Source: Lytechinus pictus (lineage: Eukaryota). Taken from it: 64,000 nt of DNA. Position numbers and translations under genes: made by a program. The notes under the pieces were generated by a model that saw only the letters and a list, made by a program, of their open reading frames with translations, was not told the DNA's origin and searched no databases. Every line of letters starts with the position of its first letter. Position 1 is the first letter of the stretch. Location: NCBI RefSeq assembly GCF_037042905.1, contig NC_087245.1, forward strand, positions 26,786,001-26,850,000, in the 5' to 3' direction. This document shows, piece after piece, positions 1-10,057 of the stretch.

Positions 1-567
1 TTGTAATAAAATAATCAACTCACAACATCAATAATGTTCAGCAATACATTCACACACACCACATCAGTAAACACAGTCAAACGCAATAAAAAAATCATCA
101 CAGTAAATCACACTTGGTGGCCCGGAAAAAAATAATTATCCAACGAGGGAAGATTTAAATATTATTACTCAAACAAGATATGTGGATATTTACCCTAAAT
201 AATAGAACGGATATTGCTTGTCCCAATTGCAAATCCGATTAGCTCCTTCAGAGCTAGCCACTGAATTGCATTCAGGGCTTGCAGCAGTGCCGATCGGTAA
301 AAAGTAAAGTAAATTCACGGAACTAAATGTCAGAGAAAATTCACCAAAAAATAAAATCTCAAACTAAAATAATATGTTATTTGATATTTAATTTAAGATT
401 TTGAAAGAAACAGAGTCAAACAGCTCAAATTAATATAAAGAAACTAAAATTTTCAAGATGGCGGCGGCTTTTTATATTCTGCCACGGCCAACGCAGATTC
501 TGCAATCGGCGTTGCTATGGCGAAGTACAGAAAATGTTTTGCCGAAAAAAAATAAAAATCACTTTAA

Positions 568-805
568 TCTTCGTCGCCAGTATTGCGAGGGGCCGATAAC
601 ATAAACAGTCATACACTCACATACACCGGGAAAAGGTCCTACCTTATAACTTGTTAAGCACAGCTCACTCGTATATTATAGGTCTGCTACGTCCGGGGGC
701 TGAGTATGGAATGGCGTTTCTGTGATTCCGTGTGCAGTACCGGTGTGTGTATATGGTTGGTTTGTGTGTTGTGCGCAAGTTTTCCCGCCCGTGGGTCAGG
801 TGACA
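568..805 (-). mobile_element. Probable 5' LTR (~581-805) plus primer-binding site of an LTR retrotransposon whose internal region runs off the left edge
   Basis: Minus strand reads TGTCACC...CCCCTCGCAATAC followed by TGGCGACGAAGAT, a near-match to the complement of the tRNA-Ser(GCT) 3' end and to the PBS of the Gypsy at 15388. The partner LTR is not in the window. Confidence 0.45.
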
Positions 806-1254
806 TGATGTGTATAAACTGTCTTCTGCTTAAATACTACAATGATTCAACCCCCCTATCACTATAGCTAATATGGCCCAACTTTTTTGCTTGTCAAATT
901 TTACACACGAAAATGTGCCCTCCCCTTTAAAAAATCCTGGATCCATTCCTGATGTAATCTTATAATAACCTGGGAAATGAAGGTTTATTTAAAATGTTTA
1001 TGTAAATCTTTAAAAAAAAAAAAAAATTTATTGAGATCATTAGTTGGTTGATTTCGATACTATATGATTAATTTTTATTCATGGCTATGAAGGAACCCTG
1101 TAATGTTAATTTCATATTCTGATTATATCTCTTGTTGTATAAATAAAAAATCAGACTAAAACTTTTGAAAAAAAATTAATTCATTTTGTCTACTATTCAT
1201 GGAAAAATTTCTATTCAGTGGGTGTGGATGCAAGAGATGTGTGCGTATATATTA

Positions 1255-1548
1255 GGGACGCATCATGCATCATTAGATATGGGGGGGGGGGCTAGAAGTT
1301 TTTCCAAAAAAAAATTGACTTGCTATATGTCATATGAGCAAAAAAGAAAAAACTTGACTCAGCATCAGAGTAAAAAAAACTTGGTCCACTGAAAAATCAT
1401 CTGAAACTTAACATTTAACAAAGGTGAAAAAAAAACTTTTCTCAATGAAGGAAAAAAACTAACTAAAGACTTTGTCAAAGAAAGGGAAAAAATTGCATCA
1501 ACCCAAACTTCCAGCCCCCCCCCCCCTGGGTATCTAATGGTGCATCCC
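1255..1548. mobile_element. PIF/Harbinger-type MITE
   Basis: Imperfect TIRs GGGACGCATCAT..TAGATA-polyG-CTAGAAGTTT / AAACTTCCAG-polyC..TATCTAATGGTGCATCCC; TTA on both sides (1252-1254, 1549-1551). Confidence 0.7.
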
Positions 1549-1758
1549 TTAGTGATGCTCAGATTGGATTTCAAGATGAGTTGGATGTGGGTGGCTGGGT
1601 ACTGGTTAACCCAGGGAACTCCCGCCCGCACGGCGGGCGGGAGCCCAGGGGCTTACCGTGTATTTGACCATACTCACGGGACTAGCGTGATTTATGGTCT
1701 AAATATTTCTCCAAATGAATTGTGAAAACAGAAATTATTCACTTACCACGATTATATG

Positions 1759-2083
1759 GATGAAGGTCTAACGAGTGGCAGTTTCCTGACATCGAGGCAC
1801 AGACTGGAACTTCAAAAAAACGAAAAGTTCTCTCCTTCTACCCCAGTCTCGATCGGCCATTTTGTTACGATTCATAACAAAAATGGCCGATCGAGACTGG
1901 GTCTGGGGTAGAAGGAAAAGTTCTCTCCTTCTACCCCAGTCTCGATCGGCCATTTTGTTACGATTCATAACAAAAATGGCCGATCGAGACTGGGTCTGGG
2001 GTAGAAGGAGAGAACTTTTCGTTTTTTTGAAGTTCCAGTCTGTGCCTCGATGTCAGGAAACTGTCACTCGTTAGACCTTCATC
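1759..2083. mobile_element. Palindromic MITE with tandemly duplicated central hairpin
   Basis: GATGAAGGTCTAACGAGTG...CACTCGTTAGACCTTCATC near-perfect arms; central hairpin present twice with a 93-bp period; flanked by TG/TA. Confidence 0.75.
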
Positions 2084-2392
2084 TAGGTATGTGCGAATAT
2101 GGGCGCATCGCGAGCCCTGGTTTTGGCTGCACGGTTTTCGCACGGGTTTTGCTGCAAGTGGCATCGCCTCTGTCTGGGGGGCTCATCGAAAATGGGGTTT
2201 CATGTGCATGCGCACATAGTTAATGCAATCTCGTGCCTTTATACAGACAGTTGAAAATGTGCTCTTTCTGTACATATAAGTTTCAATGTGGATACTCGCC
2301 TGTAAAGTGTGGATATCGGAGCTTGAAAGTTCATCAAATTTTTGGATGCGCAAATGATTGAAAATTTTTCATGGTAAGTAAAAGTACGATCC

Positions 2393-3138
2393 AATTCTCG
2401 CTACCCCAAATAGGAAAAAAAATCTCATAATGCGCGAGACGAGATAATTTTCACTCCGTCGGGTCGTCATCACCACTTCCGGTTCAGAGTCACGCTCGCG
2501 CGAGGTTCGCGATACTGAGTTTTCCACCACGCTGAAATCGATGCCAATCAGCGTGATATGTACAGATTATATTACTTTTTATTTAATTTGGTCAGTTTTG
2601 ATTCCATTTGAATTATAAATAATAAAAAAATATATATTTCACGTGAAAATAATTCTTATTCATGATTTTATTTGGTTATAAAAAAAGAAAACAAAAAATG
2701 AATATCTTAAAATTTTGCATTTAGCGACCGGCCTGACATCACGATCATATTCGACTAGACGCTAAATATATACAGCATTCATTCCGTTCAATTTTTCGTC
2801 GACCACAAAATGGATTTTAAAAATCAGTTTCGGAACTTACAAAAATCTTAACTGACAAAGGAATACCGTGCAATGGAAAGCCTCGGGCAGAATTAGTGAC
2901 TTAAGCAGAAAAGGCCGTTAAACTGTATCGTGAAAGAGAGGGTTGTGATCACGAACTTTCCGAGCGAAAGCGACGTTGTGTTGTTTTGCGTGACGGCACT
3001 GTTGATCTGAATGGCAAAACAGTGCATTGGACTTCCGAACAGGAAGTTGTAATACCGAAAAGCTATCCCATAATGCAATGCGCGTTACAGGGATTTTCCC
3101 GGATCTCGGCGAAATCGCTATTTGGGGTAGCGAGAATT
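2393..3138. mobile_element. TIR element of unknown superfamily nested in the piggyBac-like element
   Basis: Perfect 21-bp inverted repeat AATTCTCGCTACCCCAAATAG (2393-2413) / CTATTTGGGGTAGCGAGAATT (3118-3138). Confidence 0.55.
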
Positions 3139-3539
3139 ATGTATATGAATTGTTATAGAATATATTCAAATCGACAAAAAAAGTAAAATTAAAAGATTCT
3201 CTCATGGAGCAGTCCAGATATAAGAGGAGCGAGCTACCCTTGTCACAGCTGGTCTCTCGGCAATCGAGCTGCCCGATGCGGTGGGCTCCCGTCGGTCTTT
3301 CGGCAGTCGAGCTACCGGTACCCGATGCGGAGGGCTTGGTGATGGGAGCGGTCGATAGTGAGTCGTTCATGCTGGATTGAACTGGATCTAAATTGTTTAC
3401 TTGATAATATTGTGCCTTTTTCTGAAAATGTCTGTCATTATACCGTAGATTGTTATTCTGATATTGATTTAAATATATATACATTTTGTCACAAAAACAT
3501 TCTTTCCTCCTAAGGTTATAGAGTCAACATGTTTTACTT

Positions 3540-3935
3540 TGATTGTTCAATCATGTTTTATCATTTGGAAACGGGATTCTTTTGGAAGTGGAATATTAAT
3601 GTTGACTTATTAAATTAAAATGCAAAATCCATAGTGTTTCTTTTTTTTCTTTTGTAGAAAAAAAATATATTTTGAAACTTTTCAATCATGTGTCATTATT
3701 TTGAGACTGGATTTGCTTTTGAAAGGGGAATATCATAAATGTTGACTTTTTAATTAAAATGCAAAAATTATGTTTATTTTTTAGTTTCTTTTTTTATATA
3801 TTTTTTAAAGTTTCTTTTTTGAATTATTGTATTGTTTATTTTTTCATTTTTTTGTCATATTTCATTATTTGGAGACTGGATTTGCTTTTGAAAGGAGAAT
3901 ATCTTAAATGTTGATTTTTTTTTATTAAAATGCAC
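3540..3935. repeat. Three degenerate direct repeats
   Basis: Recurrent TCATT..TGGAGACTGGATTTGCTTTTGAAAG..GAATAT..AATGTTGAC..ATTAAAATGCA block. Confidence 0.55.
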
Positions 3936-5366
3936 GAACTAGATGTTGTTTATTTTTTTGTTGTTGTAATTTTTTTCACTCTTGTAAGAAAATACATGAA
4001 AACTCAGAGGAAAGAATATTTCATTTCCAGATGGATCTAAGTCCTGTATTTATGTTTTCTTTATTATTTATTGTACTATTTATTTTTTTATTCACTTTTC
4101 TTTTTTTTAGGGGTGCAGGTGGGGGTTGTGTTTTGAATTGGAAAATGGGGATGGGATTGGTACAAGTTTTTGTGTCACTTTTGTTTCTCGTTTTTAGTGC
4201 TTGTTTGGAGCTTTGATAGTTTGATGTCTGTTTTGTTGTTGTTTAGAGCTTTGTTATATATTTTTCCTGGTTGTTTTTTGTTTTGTTTTGAAAGAAATAG
4301 ACCACTCTTCCTTTTCTTTTGGCTTTGACTAATAATTTGAATTTATTTATTTTTCTTTAAAAAGAGAGCTCAAACAGGGCCTTTGTAATACAATGTATGT
4401 ACCGGTATACAAATATAAGAAATTGACAACTGATAGAATATATTAAAACTTAATTTTCGTCCTTCTTGATACTTGAAATAAATTGCATACAATTCTACAT
4501 ACATATTTTACACTCAGCTGCTCATTCCTTCTAAAAAAATGTAATCACATGTCCATTGTCTCTCAAATCAAAAGTTACATATTATACATGTATAACAAAT
4601 TGTTGAAACAATAGAATACATAAGGAATTGGTGAAACAATCAAATACATCAGAAAAAAGCACACATATTATTATTTTTATTTGGTCATACAAAGTACAAA
4701 AGAAATTTTTTAATGTAAAAAAGGACCCCGTACATACACATATACAAAATTACAATACTAAGTTGAAAAAGAGCTTGTAATTTATATCAGAAAAACAAAG
4801 AAATACATTAGAAATTACAAAAACAATACTTTAGACAAATTTATTTAGGAAATTATCTACATGATGCTGTTTTGATGCCAACTAAATTATATGAATTATC
4901 TATCATAATCACCTTCATTTGGCAAAAAAAGAGGCGAGTAATTGTGATTTTGTGTTATTTGCATAATTAATTAGAATTAATTAGAAGAAATTATTTTACA
5001 TATAAGAAAAATTACAAGATGAATTGATACACATCAATTGAGCCTTCTCTCACCTTTCCATTGATACCTAAATTACTTCATAGGGCTAAAAAACAAAGAA
5101 GTTAGAGCCTGTTGAAGACTTGGGTTCAAAATGGTCACAAAATGGTCACAAAAATCGGTTCTGTACTCCATTGACTTTACATTAAGACAATGACCACAAA
5201 TTTGGATGAATATGCGCAACTTAAACTGGAATAACTTTATAATTTCTTGATGAAAATTTAAGTTCTTGGTATCATTTTAAAGGTCTTTTTAAGAGCTTTC
5301 AAGTGATACCAAATTTATTCATATTTGATGATTTTCATTTTTTTTGTCACATACCTACTTCATTAT

Positions 5367-6921
5367 GTTGTTGTTGTTGTTGTTCGTTTTGGGCCTGTTT
5401 CACGCCCTAGTAGTCTCCTCGGTAGACACTTAGTGTTGATAACTCAAAGGTAGAAAAACTGCTAGGTAATTGTTTTGTTGGCTAGTTTGGCTAGATGTTA
5501 GCGCTGGTGGATGAGACAAATGCTACCACCGATGCTCTAATAATAGATTGCATTTGCTTGGTCATTGCAGGGTTGAAGCCCAGGAGGGTGACCACCGAGA
5601 TCTCTCTGAGATGGTATGGAGTGTTAGTTTTGCTGTATCCTATCACTATGGTCTGTATCATCTTCAGTCTACTGGGCTCATAGAGTGAACAGTGGAGAAG
5701 GACATGCTCTATAGTTTCCCTGTCTCTGTTGCAACTGCAGTTAGGTGAAGGGTGGTTGTGAGGGAAAATTCTGTGCATATTGTCATTGAGTTTGGTATGT
5801 CCTGTGAGCATCCTATTCAGCTTCACTTCTGTGGATCTTGGGAGAGAGCTGTGTGCATTCTTCCTGGCAACTGTGGGCTGGAGTTGGTATGTCCATCTTC
5901 CTTTTGTAGATCTGTCCCATCGTCGTTGCCACAGCTTCTCAGTGTTCTTACGGATAATCTTGGCACTTTCCTTGTGCAGAGTAATTTCAGAAGCTAATGA
6001 TGATGAGCTTGCAGCTTCCAAAGCAGCATCCTTGGCTAGTTGGTCAGCAAGTTCATTTCCCATGATATTTGCATGCCCAGCGATCCATGTGATGGTGACA
6101 GTAGTGCCTCTACTTCTTAGAAGAGTGATGTTTTTATTAGTGCGAGATACAACCTCTGGGAACGATGAAGAGTGGAGAGAACTGGTCATGGCCATGACAG
6201 CACTTTGACAGTCAGTGAGAATGTGCACTACCTGATCGACTAGGGCTGGTTTCTTCAGGGTGACATGTTCCACAGCTGTTTCTATGGCGACCATTTCAGC
6301 ATGAAAGCTACTCGAATTTCTAGCAACAGGCTTGCCGATGCAGGTTGGTATGCAGTTCAGTCCTGTCCAGTAGATGACAATGCCTGCTCCGCAAGGACCT
6401 GGGTTCGACAATGCAGACCCATCTGTGAAGATGATAGTATCGGTATTGAGACTTAGAATGAAATCAGTCGCCAACTTCAGAGCCTGGTCCTTCTGCTCAC
6501 TACTTCTGTCTCTACTATTTCCAAGGTTTCTCCACTCAATGCGAACCTCTTCCATTCTGCACGAGAGGATGTCAGACATATCTTCGATAGGTTGGGAGCC
6601 AGGATCGTTTACCTGTAGGCTGACATTCAGATCTTTAAGGGCCCTGGTCATCAAGCAGAGAGGGGTGCTTCTGGGTCCACGTGAGAATGCTGGATCACCC
6701 AAGAGACTTTGGACTAATACCCTGAAGTTATCTGTTTCTTCCTTACTAAGAATGTACTGGCACAAGGTTCTCGCAAGTATTTCACGTAGTCTTATGTCAA
6801 GAGGAAGAGTGTGAGACATTACTTCCACAGCATCAGAAGAGCAGTGAACAAAGGTCCCTGTGGCCATTCGAAGCGCAAGATTTTGAACTCTTTCCAGCGC
6901 CGAGATGGACCTGACTGTTAG
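5367..6921 (-). mobile_element. 5'-truncated RNase H-containing non-LTR retrotransposon (I-group-like LINE)
   Basis: 8-bp TSD TTCATTAT (5359-5366, 6922-6929); (AAC)n tail at 5367-5384; ORF covers the RT thumb, RNase H and a C-terminal CCHC finger. Confidence 0.85.
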
Positions 6922-6942
6922 TTCATTATAATCGTGGTACAT
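5491..6942 (-). CDS. LINE ORF2 C-terminal fragment: RNase H plus zinc finger (483 aa; start codon supplied by flanking TIR)
   Basis: RNase H motifs FTDGS, AEMVAI, LTDCQS, WIAGH..GNELAD; C-terminal CSC...ETIEHVLLHC; no internal stops. Confidence 0.7.
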   Translation of the reverse strand: MYHDYNELTVRSISALERVQNLALRMATGTFVHCSSDAVEVMSHTLPLDIRLREILARTLCQYILSKEETDNFRVLVQSLLGDPAFSRGPRSTPLCLMTRALKDLNVSLQVNDPGSQPIEDMSDILSCRMEEVRIEWRNLGNSRDRSSEQKDQALKLATDFILSLNTDTIIFTDGSALSNPGPCGAGIVIYWTGLNCIPTCIGKPVARNSSSFHAEMVAIETAVEHVTLKKPALVDQVVHILTDCQSAVMAMTSSLHSSSFPEVVSRTNKNITLLRSRGTTVTITWIAGHANIMGNELADQLAKDAALEAASSSSLASEITLHKESAKIIRKNTEKLWQRRWDRSTKGRWTYQLQPTVARKNAHSSLPRSTEVKLNRMLTGHTKLNDNMHRIFPHNHPSPNCSCNRDRETIEHVLLHCSLYEPSRLKMIQTIVIGYSKTNTPYHLREISVVTLLGFNPAMTKQMQSIIRASVVAFVSSTSANI

Positions 6943-7330
6943 GTAAGTGCATAATTTCTGTTTTCACAATTCATTTGGAGAAATATTTAGACCATAAATC
7001 ACGCTAATCCCGGGCCGTGAGTATGGTCAAATACACGGTAAGCCCCTGGGCTCCGGCCCGCTGCGCGGGCTGGAGCTCCTTGGGTTAGGTGCCGGTGTGA
7101 AACTGGATTAGCTCCGCTCTGAGAGTCTATGAAATTAGCCCCCCCCCCTCCCCCTCATTAAATTCCAAACACAGACTTACATGTGTGGGGCTGACATCAC
7201 TGAGCTGAGCCGAGTCTGACCGAAGATGCACCATGCAATTCAAGGCAAAATTTACGATGACAAGTCAGTAGAAGAATACTAATCACACCATTCCTTTGTG
7301 GCCAAGAACATAAACCACTCAAAATCTCAC

Positions 7331-7349
7331 CGCTGTCATCACGTTCCAT
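7331..7349 (-). CDS. Possible short first coding exon (MERDDS-G) of an unidentified gene divergent from METTL21A
   Basis: AACAACATGG start context, then 19 nt and a GTGAGA donor, next to a CpG-containing promoter-like patch. No downstream exon identified. Confidence 0.2.
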
Positions 7350-8044
7350 GTTGTTAATTAGGGTTTTAAGTGGTTTTCCAGTTGACCCGTAGAAGTTAGT
7401 TCAAGATATTTTTCAAGTAGCGCGCGGGTACGTTTGCGCTAGTGCGCCCTCTAGCTAGAGATTCATTATAGGTCTAATAATCAGTTACCGGTAGTTGAAC
7501 TGGATCAGCAATTTTTTTTAAAAACTTTCATGGTGATTTAAACCACAAATTCTGGGCCCTGGGAACGAGTTTTGGACTGGGGGTGCTGATGTCAATTTGA
7601 CAAGCAAAAAAAAAGTTTCACTACAAAATGGAGGTCATTTTCGTCCCGCGCAATTTCACAAGCAAAAGAAAAAGAAAAAAACTTTAAGGTTTCTGTAAAA
7701 AATGAAGGTCATTTTTGTTACATTTCTCAATTTTGTATCATCTTCAAGAATTCCTGGTGGTACTGCTGCCTATGCAATACACACAGCACCCCTAAAGAAA
7801 ATCTTGGGGTGTTTCATTACCCATGCTTCCCAATTAAAGACATTCTTTAATAATTCAACATGATCACAAGATAAACAAATACTCAAATTACATCATAGAG
7901 AATAGAAATAGTCTCCATGATCTGCACAATAGCTGAAATTCTTGAACAAATGCTGGTCATCAGTTCCCAGTGGGAGGTGTTCACGCCGGGTGTTCAGTGA
8001 CTTTTCCGCAGTGGAAATATGAGCTAACGCAGAGGGTTAATTAA

Positions 8045-8810
8045 AGTCAAGTCTACCCTAGAAAAATGTTGATTTGAATCAAATACAAACTAGAAAGAGA
8101 GAAAAAAGTATATATAACGCTAAAAATTTCATGAAAATCAGATGCAAAATAAGAAAATTATGACAATTTAAAATGTTGCTTAGTTTTCACTAAGCAGTCA
8201 TGATCTGCACAACCCAGATATATGCAAATGATATTAGGCCAAGTCGATAATGTCAATCACTCACTATTTCTCTAGTTTTGTTTTTTATTGTTTGAATTAT
8301 ACCGTAACTTCAAAATTTTGACAGATATGAAAATAATGACTAACTTGATTGAACCACAAAATGTTTTTTGAAGTGATAAGTCCACATTTTTAGGGATGAA
8401 TACAACTTTTTTTCACATGACAATGAGGAGGAAATTAAACGTTTCATATTTCATATACAAAAAATAGTTAGAAGGGGATATCATCAGTCCCCTTATTTGC
8501 ATACTGAGCAGGGCCGGGGCGTTTCATCAACAACAAGTCATTGTCAGGTCTGGCAACTTTTCTTGATTATCGATTGACTGAGAGGCACTGTTAACATAGT
8601 AAAGCAATGTTATTATCGGATAAACGTCTGGCAACTCACCCGGCAACTCATGAAATAATTCATGAAACGCTTCCCAGGATCATCGTGCACGTAAAACTGC
8701 TCTGTGAAATTAAGCGCCAACTTTAAAATGTCATAACTATGTTTTATTTTACAGAGTCCGATTTTGATGAAATTTTTAGTAATCACATGCTTGTTGGATA
8801 CAACGTTTGC
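8045..8810. mobile_element. Kolobok-type MITE, degenerate copy of the family at 51930 and 63622
   Basis: Starts after TTAA; shares AAAATTTCAT.AAAATC.GATG.AAAATAAGAAA arms with the intact copy; interrupted at 8512-8674. Confidence 0.6.
8512..8674. mobile_element. Harbinger-type MITE nested in the Kolobok MITE
   Basis: GGGGCGTTTCAT / ATGAAACGCTTCC inverted ends with CAG on both sides. Confidence 0.55.
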
Positions 8811-9214
8811 CTTGTCAGTTAAGAAATCAACTCTGGAGACATATGTAAACAAAAACATTTTAGTGAAAACTGCATGTGTAGCACATAACGATACTTAATC
8901 CAATAAAATATAAGTTTTTAGCGGCCGGTCTGGCATGGTTACCAAATTTCATTTTCATTTAAATATATAACATTCATTAAGATCGAATGATTTGAATTAA
9001 ACATGCATATGGGTTGCATTGGTTCATGCAGTGATTAGTGGATTAATGGTAACAAAAAAAATCAAATGCTCTCTCTTTTTTTACATCCATATAGGCCTAC
9101 TGTATTCAGCCCACTGAGAGCCCCCATGCAAGTTAGTAAGGGAGTCGGTCCCTGAAATTTTAGCACTTTTTTTTTTAAACAAAGTAACAAGTGCACACCT
9201 AGTTACCAATAATG

Positions 9215-9367
9215 CATATAGCATTTTCATTTATTTGAAAGCAGGATAAAAGAGCATTGTAGATTAAATGCCTTGCTCACGGGCATAGGTGCCGCGGCCG
9301 GAGATCGAACCCCGGACTTTCCATGTATAGCCACGGGCGCCTTAGACCACTCGGCCACGGCACCTCC
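9215..9367 (-). mobile_element. tRNA-derived SINE just upstream of METTL21A
   Basis: Minus strand GGTGCCGTGGCCGAGTGGTCTAAGG (A box)...GGTTCGATCTCC (B box), followed by the SINE body GCCCGTGAGCAAGGCATTT; no CCA or T-run terminator. Confidence 0.7.
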
Positions 9368-9816
9368 ACTTGCGGTGAAAGGCTTGTGTGTTGCTGCCCT
9401 CTACGTTCGTTGGGTATTCCCCTCGGCCTTTTATTTACGTTTGATCTCACACGTCTCAGTCATCATGCAGTCACATGTGTCTCTCTCATTGATGAGGATC
9501 CGCGACTCCGAGGCCTTAAAATGTCTTTATTTTAACATTTATAGCCAAATAATATCCTGAGTGATTACAGATGAGACGACAATCCACTTTTTCCAGTACA
9601 TGGTCGTGGTTTGAGTATTTATACGTGCTCTTTCAGGTAACATGGCTGATTAAATTTTCAAGCAGCCAAAGTCTTCACGATTCAAGGGCAGTGCCTCGCC
9701 CGGTGCTTCCCGGTAGCAGCGACATCACCTCTACCCCTGCTGGCTCTGTCGCGGAAACAGACTCGAGTTGCTCTTCTCTTTCCAGTCCATGGAATAATTT
9801 AGTGAAAAAACGGACC

Positions 9817-9999
9817 ATGGCAGAGGAAACTAATGAATGTTCTTCGGTACCTTCTACTGAAAATGCATTAGTACTGTATAGTCCACCGATTCTTGAGAGA
9901 TTTCATCGGTCTGAAAGGACATTTCATCTAGCTAACAGGAATTTCTCAATCAAACAGAATTGGGCAGATTTTGGAGTTGCTGCTGTGGTCTGGGATGCG
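9817..9999 (+). CDS. METTL21A: METTL21A exon 1
   Basis: ACCATGG start; MAEE...GVAAVVWDA; donor GTAACT at 10000. Confidence 0.88.
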
Positions 10000-10017
10000 G
10001 TAACTAACTTAAATTGT

Positions 10018-10057
<40 letters not shown>

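Larger units (their letters stand above)
1610..7084. mobile_element. Non-autonomous piggyBac-like DNA transposon (~5.5 kb) with nested insertions
   Basis: ~150-bp inverted repeats (1610-1756 vs 6926-7084) with CCC...GGG termini; flanked by TTAA (1606-1609) and TTAG (7085-7088); no transposase ORF. Confidence 0.75.

Noticed and set aside
1768..2074. Mirror-image 66/70-aa ORFs
   Set aside because: A consequence of the palindrome.
9290..9367. tRNA gene
   Set aside because: A and B boxes are present, but the anticodon arm is irregular and it runs into a SINE body. The same applies to 25340-25420, 36435-36510 and 46985-47054.
9488..9520. Second hammerhead-like motif (TTGATGAGGATCC)
   Set aside because: Lacks a closing stem II and the GAAA.
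9571..9816. Longer N-terminus of METTL21A from ATG 9571
   Set aside because: No similarity to orthologues; ATG 9817 has strong context near the expected start.
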